Below, one piece after another: positions 52,424 to 63,542 of a DNA stretch of 64,000 nt. A program made the position numbers and the translations under genes. Below the pieces are notes generated by a model. The model ran no database searches. It saw only the letters and a program-made list of their open reading frames with translations, and had not been told where the DNA came from. How positions within the stretch are numbered: position 1 is the first letter of the stretch; every line of letters starts with the position of its first letter. Source of the stretch: Nitrospira sp. (lineage in GTDB: Bacteria; Nitrospirota; Nitrospiria; Nitrospirales; Nitrospiraceae); the NCBI GenBank assembly GCA_021323395.1, contig JAJONL010000002.1:12621-76620 (forward strand), written 5' to 3'.

Positions 52424-53444
52424 CGACGCGACGCTTGTCGCACTCTTCGCACTCTCGACTCCCCTGAAGCCGGTCCTCGAACAGCTCCAGCGAGCCGGCG
52501 TGCCCATGGGGAGTATCGAGGTCATCTCGCCGTTACCGTTACAGGGGATCGAGATGAGCCGCCCTCCCCGCATGCCGCTCTATGGGCTGACGATACTCGG
52601 CGGGCTCGCGGGCATCGGGCTCGGCGTATTTTTTACGGTGGGCACGGCCCTCTTTTATCCGCTGATGACGGGGGGAAAACCGATCGTCGCGCCGCCCGTG
52701 GTGGGCATCATCGCATTTGAGAACATGATGCTGTTGGCCATCGTCACGACGTTCGTTACCCTGGTCCTTCGACTCAGGGTGACAGGGCGGCCGCCGCCTC
52801 GCGACCCGCGGATCGACGACGGAGCAGTGGCCCTGTCCATCGACATGGACGCCAGGGCTGCGCAGTCGGCGGTCGTTCAGACTCTGCTCAACGAAGCCGG
52901 TGCGTTGAAGATCACGTCGCTCTTGAAAGAACGAGCCCGACCGCCGGCACCCGTCGCGGCGAAGCAGAGCGAGACTGGGATCTGGTTGTGGCTTGGCTGT
53001 GCCCTTGCCACCCTCTGTTCCCTCAACGCCTGTTCTCAAGATATGGAAACTCAAGCCTCGTATCAATCCCAAGAAGCGCCTCGCAGGCATTCGCCACCCG
53101 GCAGCATCCCCCTGCAGAGCCGAGCCGCCCACCCCGCCTCTCCAGTCATGCCGGCCGACCAACGAGTGGCGGGGCAACGGGTATTTCAGATTAACTGCGT
53201 GCCTTGTCATGGTCCAAGCGGCGGCGGGGATGGGCCGGTCGCAGGATATTTACGGGACATGCCGAAGAATTTGCAGGCGTCGCATGTCCAACGACGGTCG
53301 GCAGAAGACCTCTATGCCGTGGTGACGGAAGGGAAAGATTCGATGCCTCCATTCAGAGGGGAGCTCTCGGCCGCGGAACGATGGGCGGTCGTCGCCTATG
53401 TCAAAACCCTGCGGGCGCCGGACAACCCTACAGGTCAGCCGTAA
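52404..53444 (+). CDS. actD/E: ActD (DUF3341)-ActE (monoheme cytochrome c) fusion
   Basis: N-terminal two-TM DUF3341-like part (GGKP..FENMML..DPRIDDG); C-terminal LNACSQDMETQ, CVPCH and SMPPF in one reading frame. Confidence 0.82.
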   Translation: MADVSNDDATLVALFALSTPLKPVLEQLQRAGVPMGSIEVISPLPLQGIEMSRPPRMPLYGLTILGGLAGIGLGVFFTVGTALFYPLMTGGKPIVAPPVVGIIAFENMMLLAIVTTFVTLVLRLRVTGRPPPRDPRIDDGAVALSIDMDARAAQSAVVQTLLNEAGALKITSLLKERARPPAPVAAKQSETGIWLWLGCALATLCSLNACSQDMETQASYQSQEAPRRHSPPGSIPLQSRAAHPASPVMPADQRVAGQRVFQINCVPCHGPSGGGDGPVAGYLRDMPKNLQASHVQRRSAEDLYAVVTEGKDSMPPFRGELSAAERWAVVAYVKTLRAPDNPTGQP

Positions 53445-53462
53445 CGCCGAACCACCGATGGG

Positions 53463-54689
53463 GTGACCGTGCCTGCACTCGGACAAGATCTTGACGCGAT
53501 CAGCTTCCCGCTGATCGGAAACAGCCTGGTCATCGGACTATTCAGCCTGCTGCACATTGCGATTGCCGGGCTGACAGTGGGCTTCATGGTGCTGGCGCCG
53601 CTGTTCGAAACAGCAGACCGGATCAATCCTTATTATGCGGACTTTTCCCGCAGCATGACGCGATTCACGATCGTGACCTTCAGCATCAGCACCGTGCTGG
53701 CGGTCTTTATGGTCGAATTGTCCATCGGGCTCTTTCCCCTAACCACCATGTGGGTATGGAACCAGTTTCGATGGCCCATCCTGACGGCCGTCGCCTCATT
53801 CATCCTGATGCTCGCCATGCTGTACCCCTACTACCACTATTGGGATTATTTCAGGCGAGAGAGCCGGCAACTTCACATCCTCATGGGATTTCTTGCCGCC
53901 TTCTTCCTGTTGGTCTGGGTCGTCATCCTCGACGGCATGGGATCGGCCATGCTCACGCCGAGAACGAACGGAGGCCCCTGGGAACGGCTCCTCAATCCAA
54001 CCTGGATACCGTTGGTCCTCCATCGATTCATCGGCAACCTCGTGCTGGCCGGCTTTGTGATAGCCGGCTATGCGGGGTGGCGCCTCAGAAAACAGGCGGG
54101 GCGGCCGGATGAAGCGTACTATGCGCATGTCCTGCAAACGGGGCTCTGGATCGGCCTGCTGTCGCTGATCCTCCAACCGGCGACGGGCCTGCTCTATGCG
54201 TGGCGGATCGAAGACACCGTGCCGCTTGCGTATGCTCAACTGACGCAGGGAGCCTACCGAGGGTATCTCTATGCCCAATTTTTCCTGATCGCAGGGCTCT
54301 TTCTGGGCGGCCTGGCCATGCTGCGGCTCACAATGCCCGCGCGCCCGCCCTTGACGGGAGGACTCATGTCCGTTGCGGTCGGCATCGCGTTGTCGATCGT
54401 CGTCACGGCCGCCTCGCCGAGCCTGCGTCGACCTCTGACGTTTGTGTTGGCCGGATTGGTCATCTGGTGTGTCTATCACTCACGCGCCTGCTTCAGGGAC
54501 GGCTCCCCCGCCCAGCTCAATCGGCCGATCGTTCGGCGCACGGCCATCATGATGGGCATCGTATCTTTACTGACGTATTTGACGATGGGTACCATCCGGG
54601 AAACCGCCCGGCGGCCTGATACCGTGCGCGGCATCATCTCCCTTCAGGACGAACTGCTGCAACCGGCGGCCGACCGGCGAGAGCCGTAA
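53463..54689 (+). CDS. Cytochrome bd subunit I (CydA)-like membrane protein, copy 1
   Basis: LHIAIAG (His), SAMLTP, LNPTW..LHRFIGN, MGTIRETARRP; many TMs; no Q-loop seen. Confidence 0.75.
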   Translation: MTVPALGQDLDAISFPLIGNSLVIGLFSLLHIAIAGLTVGFMVLAPLFETADRINPYYADFSRSMTRFTIVTFSISTVLAVFMVELSIGLFPLTTMWVWNQFRWPILTAVASFILMLAMLYPYYHYWDYFRRESRQLHILMGFLAAFFLLVWVVILDGMGSAMLTPRTNGGPWERLLNPTWIPLVLHRFIGNLVLAGFVIAGYAGWRLRKQAGRPDEAYYAHVLQTGLWIGLLSLILQPATGLLYAWRIEDTVPLAYAQLTQGAYRGYLYAQFFLIAGLFLGGLAMLRLTMPARPPLTGGLMSVAVGIALSIVVTAASPSLRRPLTFVLAGLVIWCVYHSRACFRDGSPAQLNRPIVRRTAIMMGIVSLLTYLTMGTIRETARRPDTVRGIISLQDELLQPAADRREP

Positions 54690-54731
54690 CCAAGTTGTCG
54701 CGGCACGGCGCGGCATTCGAATGGAACGACG

Positions 54732-56054
54732 ATGACTTTGGAAGCCCTCGACATTCCGATGCACTACGGCAAACTCGCCATCGGCGTGGTGGCATTGACC
54801 CATGCACTCTTTGCGACGTTCATTGTCGGATCCTCTCTCATCGGGGTGGCGACGGAAACGGTCGGGTGGATGACGCGCAAAACACGGTACGACCGGCTGG
54901 CTCGCACGATCGCCTTCACCTTGATCTTCACCACGGCGGCCGTGTCGTTTTTGGGGGTCACGCTCATCTTTGCGCTCAATATTTTTTGGCCGCGCTTTTG
55001 GTCCACGCTGTTCCGCATCATGTTCTGGCCTCTCTTGCTCGAAGCCGCGATGTTCCTGGGAGAAGCCATTTTTGCCTATGCCTGGTTTTATTCCTGGGAC
55101 TGGGCGGCAACCAGTCCTGGGCGCAAACGGCTGCACCTCCTCTTCGGATGGCTCGCGGCGGGATGCGCGCTGACGGCGATGTTCGTCATCGACATGGTCG
55201 CATCCTATATGCTGACGCCCCGTCCCCCGGAACTGGTGTGGGATCGGCTGTTCAATCCCACGATGATCCACTTGCACCTGCATCGTTGGTTCGGGAATTT
55301 AACCTGGACGGGATTCGGTCTCTCAGCCCTCTGCGCCGTGGGGTTCCTGCGCGCCAAGACAGCGGAGGACCGGCGACATTATGATTGGGCAGGGGGCTAT
55401 TGCTTCACCATCGGTTTTGGCGCGCTGCTGCTCATGCCCGTAATCGGTTATGAATATCTCCTGCGGATTCGTTATGAACAGCCGCAGGCCTTCCACACGC
55501 TCATGCTCGGAGGCCGCTCGTGGCTCTTCGATCTCGTGGCGCTTTTCTACAGCCTGCTGATCGTCCTCGGCACCGTCTACATTTTACGCGGACTGACACG
55601 TCCCCCGCGCAACGGCTCATCGCGGATCGTGCTGCCGGCCTCCTTGGCAGTCGTGATCTTGGCCGGCATCCTGTTTTCCATCCCCTATCACCTTCAGCAT
55701 ATTCCCGGCCTGCATTCCCTGACAGACCGCGCCATTCTTCCCCTCGGCAAGATGCAGCCCAACAAATACTTCGCCATGGCATTCCTCGTCATGTTCGGCC
55801 TCATGAACTGGCTGTACTTCTTCCGGTCGTTTCACGACCGGCTGCCCTGGTGGGACACCAAGGCGGAGAGCGGCAAGGATCGGCTGTCCCCTCTGTTGCT
55901 CGTCGCCTTGTCGCTCTGCGCGATGCTCATGATGCTGACGATGGGGTGGGCCAGGGAAACGGCGCGCGCCTACAACGGCTATTTGATTTATGGCGTGATG
56001 AGCTTCGAACAGGAAGCCGCCCTCTATCAGCCGGCGCCGACTGAGCAGAAATGA
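54732..56054 (+). CDS. Cytochrome bd subunit I (CydA)-like membrane protein, copy 2
   Basis: THALFA (His), LLEAAMFLGE, SYMLTP, FNPT..LHRWFGN, MGWARETAR; many TMs. Confidence 0.8.
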   Translation: MTLEALDIPMHYGKLAIGVVALTHALFATFIVGSSLIGVATETVGWMTRKTRYDRLARTIAFTLIFTTAAVSFLGVTLIFALNIFWPRFWSTLFRIMFWPLLLEAAMFLGEAIFAYAWFYSWDWAATSPGRKRLHLLFGWLAAGCALTAMFVIDMVASYMLTPRPPELVWDRLFNPTMIHLHLHRWFGNLTWTGFGLSALCAVGFLRAKTAEDRRHYDWAGGYCFTIGFGALLLMPVIGYEYLLRIRYEQPQAFHTLMLGGRSWLFDLVALFYSLLIVLGTVYILRGLTRPPRNGSSRIVLPASLAVVILAGILFSIPYHLQHIPGLHSLTDRAILPLGKMQPNKYFAMAFLVMFGLMNWLYFFRSFHDRLPWWDTKAESGKDRLSPLLLVALSLCAMLMMLTMGWARETARAYNGYLIYGVMSFEQEAALYQPAPTEQK

Positions 56055-56083
56055 ATGATCGAATGAGTCGCGAGACGAGAATC

Positions 56084-56171
56084 TAGCAGGCTGCAGAAAA
56101 ACTCGTTTTTGCACAATACGCCGCGGGCAGCGTAAGTGGCCTGTTGATATCAGAATAGGGCGCATCCTGCT
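56084..56171. mobile_element. Degenerate MITE-like remnant
   Basis: Left end TAGCAGGCTGCAGAAAAA and right end GCATCCTGCT; interior unlike the other two copies. Confidence 0.4.
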
Positions 56172-56213
56172 GGAGTCGAACCATGATCAATGACGCAGTA
56201 GGGAGAGGTCCGC

Positions 56214-57614
56214 ATGGCTCAACGGCCTGACCATTCGACGGTGGAAGGGTTCCAACACACCGTCGCACAGACCTGGCGACGGGTCAGCACGAACTTCTGG
56301 TTCCTTCCGACGGTTCTCACCTTGGCGGCGCTCGTGATCGCCCCGACGTTGGTGCAACTGGACGAGCGGTTGCAGGCGACCGGTCGATCCCCGGACTGGC
56401 TGAACTGGATCTATGGAGGAGGTCTGTCGGGGGCGCGCCGATTGCTCTCCGCCATCGCGACGGCGATGATGGCCATCGCCACGGTCATGTTTTCGAGCCA
56501 AACGACTGCCCTCACCTTCATCGGCCAGGAATACGGCTCGTGGCTGCTGCGAAATTTTCTTGGGGACGCGCGCAACCAACTCGCATTCGGCACCTACATC
56601 TCCACGTTCGTCTATGCGCTGATGGTGTTGCGAACGATCCACAAGGAACCGGATGGCGCTCCGGTTCCGCATCTTGCGCTGTCATTCGCTATTTTTCTCG
56701 CGATGGCGGGCTTGGGCGTGCTGATCTACTCCATGTACCACACGTCGAGATTCCTTCAATCCTCTACCATCATCAACTATGCCGCGAAGGACCTGACGGA
56801 CACGATCCGACGACTCACCACCCCGTCCGGCGGCCAGACATCACCGCCGGCGGAATGGTTTCCTCCTGACTGCACCGGCCTGCCGGTGCCGGCTCCGTCC
56901 GACGGGTACGTTCAATATGTGAAGGAGCGCCGGCTCATCACGCTGTGCCGGCAGAGCCGTGGCCGTATCATTCTGAACCGGCAAGCCGGAGATTTCGTCA
57001 TGGCAGGTGCGCCGCTCGCGGTCTTCTTCGCTCAGCCGGCCCCCGCCGATTCTCTCCTGGCGCAGATCGCGGGCACCATCGTGCTCGGGCCGCAGCCCGA
57101 CATCGAGCAGGACCTTCGATACGCGTTCAATCAACTCGTCCAAATCGCGCTCCGCGCCGCGTCTCCGGACCGCAACGATGTCCTGACGGCGAACATGTGC
57201 GTCGATCGCATGGGAGCGGCGTTGTGTCTGCTCGCGCAGCGCGACCCGGCTCAGGAAGTACGGTGCGATGACGCAGGCGCCCCGCGGGTCTTAGCCCGAC
57301 GCATCGGTTTCCCCGAAGCGGTGGACTGTTGCGTGAGCCCGCTCCGCGATTCGCGCGAGCCGAGCGGCCCGCTGCTGCTCCACATCCTGGAGGTCCTCGG
57401 TGTCATCGGAGGTTGTGTGCGGCGGGAAGAGGATCGTCCGGTCTTGCGCAGGGAAGCTGAGTTCCTCGCCGAAACGGCCGCCGCGCTGGCTCCGACCGAG
57501 TCGGCTCGCGAGCGCATTGTCCAGAGGTATGAGGATGTGTGCCGGGCGCTGGGATGCTCGCCGCGCAACCTCGCGGCGCCCCAATCGAGCGGGGGTCATG
57601 CGGCCGCGCTCTGA
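56214..57614 (+). CDS. DUF2254-family membrane protein
   Basis: FWFLPT, GARRLLSAIATAM, LLRNF, FGTYISTFVYAL, VPAPSDGYVQ, QLVQIALRAASP..ND..TA. Confidence 0.85.
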   Translation: MAQRPDHSTVEGFQHTVAQTWRRVSTNFWFLPTVLTLAALVIAPTLVQLDERLQATGRSPDWLNWIYGGGLSGARRLLSAIATAMMAIATVMFSSQTTALTFIGQEYGSWLLRNFLGDARNQLAFGTYISTFVYALMVLRTIHKEPDGAPVPHLALSFAIFLAMAGLGVLIYSMYHTSRFLQSSTIINYAAKDLTDTIRRLTTPSGGQTSPPAEWFPPDCTGLPVPAPSDGYVQYVKERRLITLCRQSRGRIILNRQAGDFVMAGAPLAVFFAQPAPADSLLAQIAGTIVLGPQPDIEQDLRYAFNQLVQIALRAASPDRNDVLTANMCVDRMGAALCLLAQRDPAQEVRCDDAGAPRVLARRIGFPEAVDCCVSPLRDSREPSGPLLLHILEVLGVIGGCVRREEDRPVLRREAEFLAETAAALAPTESARERIVQRYEDVCRALGCSPRNLAAPQSSGGHAAAL

Positions 57615-57623
57615 TCACGTCTG

Positions 57624-58352
57624 TCATCGAGCATCGAGCATACGACGCAGGTCGGCGGCGTTCTTGACGGCATAACCAGCCTGGTCATTGTCGAAATAGA
57701 CATATACGTCACGGTGTGAGCCGGTCCACCGGTCGATGTGGGCGGCCCAGGATTTCAGCGTTCTGGTCGAATAATCTCCTTGATATTTGTTTCCCGGACC
57801 GTGAAGCCGGACATAGACGAAATCAGCGGTCACTTCCCGAACCGAGCGGACCCCACCCAGTTCGTAGATGCAAAATGCGACGTGATGTTCCCGCAACAGG
57901 TCGAAAACCCGGCTGGTATGCCAACTCTGGTCCCTGAATTCAATGCTGTATCGAGGGCCTTTGGGAAGCGCGCAGAGAAAGTCTTTCAGCCGGTCCGGAT
58001 TGCAGCGCCAGTGGGGCGGCAGTTGAAACAGGATCGGACCCAACTTCGCCCCTAAGGCGCGCGTCGCCTCCAGCAGACGGTCGAGAGCCGGCTGGGGATC
58101 CAGCAGTTTTTTCCGATGGGTGAGGTAGCGGCTTCCCTTGACGGCAAAACAGAATCCGGCAGGTGTGGCCCGACGCCAGGCTTCAAACGTGGAGGGCAAA
58201 GGCAGACGATAGAAGCTGTTGTTGACCTCCACGGTCTCGAAATCTCGCGCGTAGTAGTTCAGCATGGCCCGAGCCGGAACGCTCGGTGGATAGTAGGGAC
58301 CGCGCCAATGTGGATAGTGCCACCCCGACGTTCCTACCAGCACATGAGGCAT
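57624..58352 (-). CDS. DUF72 (YecE-like) protein
   Basis: VGTSGWHY, VEVNNSFY, FAVKGSRYLTH, LFQLPP, EFRDQSW, YVRLHG, YVYFDND. Confidence 0.93.
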   Translation of the reverse strand: MPHVLVGTSGWHYPHWRGPYYPPSVPARAMLNYYARDFETVEVNNSFYRLPLPSTFEAWRRATPAGFCFAVKGSRYLTHRKKLLDPQPALDRLLEATRALGAKLGPILFQLPPHWRCNPDRLKDFLCALPKGPRYSIEFRDQSWHTSRVFDLLREHHVAFCIYELGGVRSVREVTADFVYVRLHGPGNKYQGDYSTRTLKSWAAHIDRWTGSHRDVYVYFDNDQAGYAVKNAADLRRMLDAR

Positions 58353-58403
58353 GTCCTGTCTTGTCCTCTGTCGGCGTCACGGTTGACAGCCGAGTCGATC
58401 CGC

Positions 58404-60452
58404 TCAGCGGGGTTCGGGGGCCGGTCTGGTCTTCCTGTACAGGCGCAGCACCTCTGCGACACTCCAGGCTTGGGCGATACAGCCGCGGGGATGGTACGGA
58501 GGTTCGGCGTCGAAGATCTCGCTCACCGTGCCGATGCCGTCTTCCAGCAGATGGGACCGGAAGCCCTCCAACATCAGGCGAGCCTTGGCCGGGTCCTTGT
58601 ACACCTTGAGCCAGGCATCGATGAAGGGTCCGATCAGCCAGGCCCAGACCGTTCCTTGATGGTAAGCGGCGTCTCTGGCCCGAAGATCCCCGAAGTACAT
58701 CGGCTTGTAGTCGCGATGGTCCCTGGAGAGGCTCCGGAGACCGACCGGCGTGAGTAATTTTTCCGCCACCGCATCCACGACTGCGCGCCACCGCGCTTCT
58801 TCGAGGATGGGGTGCGGAAGGGCTACGGCCATAATTTGATTCGGGCGAAAGCTGCCATCATCGCCCCGCTCACCGTCGATGACATCGAACAGATACCCGC
58901 CGTCCGGCTGCCAGAACCGCTCGTTGAACGAATGCCGGGCGCGCCTCGCCATCTCCTCCCAGGGATCCGGCTGTTCGCCGGCCATCTCCCCCCAGTGCGT
59001 CATGCAGCGGAGGGCGTTATACCAGAGGGCTTGGATTTCCACCGGTTTGCCGCGCCGAGGCGTGACGACCCATCCATCCACCTTCGCGTCCATCCAGGTG
59101 AGCTGATACCCTTCGGCGCCCGCGCGCAAGAGGCCATCGGCCGCATCCACACCGATGCCGAAATGGGTACCCTTCACATGGTGGTCGATGACGGATTTCA
59201 ACGTAGGCCAGAGCGCCATCACCGTCTCGCTGTCGCCGGTGACCCGCTGATATCGATCCAAGGCGTGAAAATACCAGAGTGTCGCATCCACCGTATGGTA
59301 CAGCCCCTTGCGCTGGCCTTCGGGAAACAGATTGGGGAGTAATCCATCCTTGATGTAGTTGGCGAAGGTGCGCAGGATCGACCGCGCTTCCGGATAGCGG
59401 CCGGTACAGAGGGTGAGACCTTCGAGACTGATCATGGTATCGCGACCCCAATCGGTGAACCAGTGGTAGCCGGCGATGACCGTACGCGCTTCATCACCCG
59501 ACGCTCGCGCCAGCGCCTGCTCCTCCAGGCGAGAGCCCGGATAGACGATGAACTGATCGGCCGCCAGCGTCAGCCATCCTTCGATGTCCTCTCCTCCCCG
59601 ATCTTGCAGGTGGGACAATAATTTGTTCAATCGCTGCGCTTCCGCCTCAAAGATCGCCTCGGGATTGAACTCGAGGAGTTCCCAGGACTCCGTGCTGGCG
59701 ACGAAGGCCATGGGCCGCTCCGCAGTCAGATCGACGCTGAAATACCCCGGACTCGCGAGATGCTCGATATGTTCAGAGCCTCGATCACGATCCACTCGGT
59801 AAGAGACAGCGGGGCTCATCACGGCCTCTGCGACGAATCGGCCGGCGTGGGGCCGCAGGCACATCTTGAGCGACGGGGCTCCTTCACCGAGATGCATCTC
59901 GTACCGCCCCTCGAGCACCGTAAGCGGGAAAGGAGGCTGTCTGGCCTCATGCAGGGGCGCATCCAGCATTCGAAAGGTCACGAACGGGCGGAGATGCAGC
60001 CGGACCGGATCACCTTCGAGCAATCGATACTCCACGTAGACCGAATTGTGGCCGTACGGCATGATGACCCGCTTTTCAAGGCGCCGTCCATTGAACAGGC
60101 AATGCCAGACCGGTGTTTGCCATTCGCGGGTAAAGCCGTCGAGCACGCGGGGAAGATCGCTCTGCAGGCGTCCGTCTTCAAATTCCACCCCGCTCAATGT
60201 GAAGGACTCCCCTTCGACAAAGACCTCCTCATCCAACCGCGGAATCATCACCGTCCGTCCCCAGGGTGACGGGAGATCGGGAACGAATATGCCGTGGTAC
60301 CGGCGAGTCGGCGCGCCGAGCAATGTCCCCGAGGCATAGCCGCCGAGACCGTTGGTCACCAGCCATTCTCTGGAAAGCAGATCATGGCTGTCTCGAAGAC
60401 GCTCACGGGGCGCCGAAAGAATCATATTCACGGTTTGCAATGTGGCCACCAC
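58404..60452 (-). CDS. Amylo-alpha-1,6-glucosidase (glycogen debranching enzyme, GDE_N + GDE_C)
   Basis: EWLVTNGLGGYASGT, IAGYHWFTDWGRDTMISLEGL, LTWMDAK, RPNQIMA, YHQGTVWAWL, EIFDAEPP, QAWSVAE. Confidence 0.93.
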   Translation of the reverse strand: MVATLQTVNMILSAPRERLRDSHDLLSREWLVTNGLGGYASGTLLGAPTRRYHGIFVPDLPSPWGRTVMIPRLDEEVFVEGESFTLSGVEFEDGRLQSDLPRVLDGFTREWQTPVWHCLFNGRRLEKRVIMPYGHNSVYVEYRLLEGDPVRLHLRPFVTFRMLDAPLHEARQPPFPLTVLEGRYEMHLGEGAPSLKMCLRPHAGRFVAEAVMSPAVSYRVDRDRGSEHIEHLASPGYFSVDLTAERPMAFVASTESWELLEFNPEAIFEAEAQRLNKLLSHLQDRGGEDIEGWLTLAADQFIVYPGSRLEEQALARASGDEARTVIAGYHWFTDWGRDTMISLEGLTLCTGRYPEARSILRTFANYIKDGLLPNLFPEGQRKGLYHTVDATLWYFHALDRYQRVTGDSETVMALWPTLKSVIDHHVKGTHFGIGVDAADGLLRAGAEGYQLTWMDAKVDGWVVTPRRGKPVEIQALWYNALRCMTHWGEMAGEQPDPWEEMARRARHSFNERFWQPDGGYLFDVIDGERGDDGSFRPNQIMAVALPHPILEEARWRAVVDAVAEKLLTPVGLRSLSRDHRDYKPMYFGDLRARDAAYHQGTVWAWLIGPFIDAWLKVYKDPAKARLMLEGFRSHLLEDGIGTVSEIFDAEPPYHPRGCIAQAWSVAEVLRLYRKTRPAPEPR

Positions 60453-60483
60453 CGCTCCTGCGTTGTCCGTTGTGTCTGTCGCT

Positions 60484-62403
<1,920 letters not shown>

Positions 62404-62405
62404 GA

Positions 62406-63542
62406 TCAATTTCCTTTGTTGGACAGGACCGACGGCAGGATACGTTCGCGCAGGAAACTGAGAACCGCCGCCTCTTCAGGCGGGAGGTGCCGCAACGTCC
62501 CGGGGGATTCCTGCCGCCTGGTCCGCTGGAGACTCTCCATCAAAGTTCCGTCCAAGTAGGCCTGCACAATCTCCGGATGGATGTAACACTTGCGGCAGAC
62601 GGCCTTCGTATTTCCCAATTGCTGGGCCACGACGCCGATCGCCGCGGCCACATTGCGTTTGGCCTTGCTGAAGGACTCGCACTGGCCTTCGTATTCCTTC
62701 AACGCGCGCGCCGCCAGCACCGTGCCGGCCCAGGTGCGGAAATCCTTCGCCGTGAAATCCTGGCCCGCGATGCGCTGCAGATATCCATTGACGTCGCTCG
62801 ACGTGATGGACCGGCGCGCTCCCTCCTCGTCGAGGTACTGAAAGAGTTCATACCCCGGAAGGTCTTGGCTCTGTTTGACGATGCGGGCCAAGCGGCGGTC
62901 GGTAATGTCCACATTATGCCGAATCCCGCTTTTGCCTTGGAACTGGAATCGCAACGTCGCGCCCTTCACTTTCACATGACGATCCCGCAACGTCGTCAGC
63001 CCGAAGGACTCGTTCGTGCGCGCATATTCTTCATTGCCGATACGGATCAACGTGGCTTCAAGGAGTCGCACCACGGTGGCGAGAATTTTTTCTCGGGGCA
63101 GGCCGGAACGTCTCAAGTCAGCGTTCACGCGCCTGCGTATGCGCGGCAACAGGCGGCCGAAGCTGAGGAGGCGGTCGTATTTGGTCTCGTTCCTGTGGAG
63201 ATTCCAGCGAGGATGATAGCGGTACTGTTTGCGGCCCCTGGCATCACGACCGGTCGCCTGCAGGTGTCCCTGGGGATCAGGACAAATCCAGATGTCGGTC
63301 CAGGCCGGTGGGATGACGAGTGAGCGAATTCTTTTCAGGACAACCTGCTCTCGGATGACGGCGCCGTTGGGTCGAATGTAAGAGGCTTTTTTCCCTTGCC
63401 CCTTGCGGGCGATACCCGGTGTGAGATCCAACACATAACGCAGGCCGGCGGCCTTGGCCGATCTCGCGGAATCCTCCGGTGATCGAGGCGAAAGGGTTTT
63501 AATCGTCGTACGGACGGCGGCAGATTTCATCGGTCGATTCAT
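62406..63542 (-). CDS. Bacterial DNA topoisomerase IB
   Basis: IPPAWTDIWIC, GRDARGRKQYRYH, RIGNEEY, FQGKSG, AKDFRTW, NTKAVCRKCY (catalytic Tyr). Confidence 0.93.
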   Translation of the reverse strand: MNRPMKSAAVRTTIKTLSPRSPEDSARSAKAAGLRYVLDLTPGIARKGQGKKASYIRPNGAVIREQVVLKRIRSLVIPPAWTDIWICPDPQGHLQATGRDARGRKQYRYHPRWNLHRNETKYDRLLSFGRLLPRIRRRVNADLRRSGLPREKILATVVRLLEATLIRIGNEEYARTNESFGLTTLRDRHVKVKGATLRFQFQGKSGIRHNVDITDRRLARIVKQSQDLPGYELFQYLDEEGARRSITSSDVNGYLQRIAGQDFTAKDFRTWAGTVLAARALKEYEGQCESFSKAKRNVAAAIGVVAQQLGNTKAVCRKCYIHPEIVQAYLDGTLMESLQRTRRQESPGTLRHLPPEEAAVLSFLRERILPSVLSNKGN

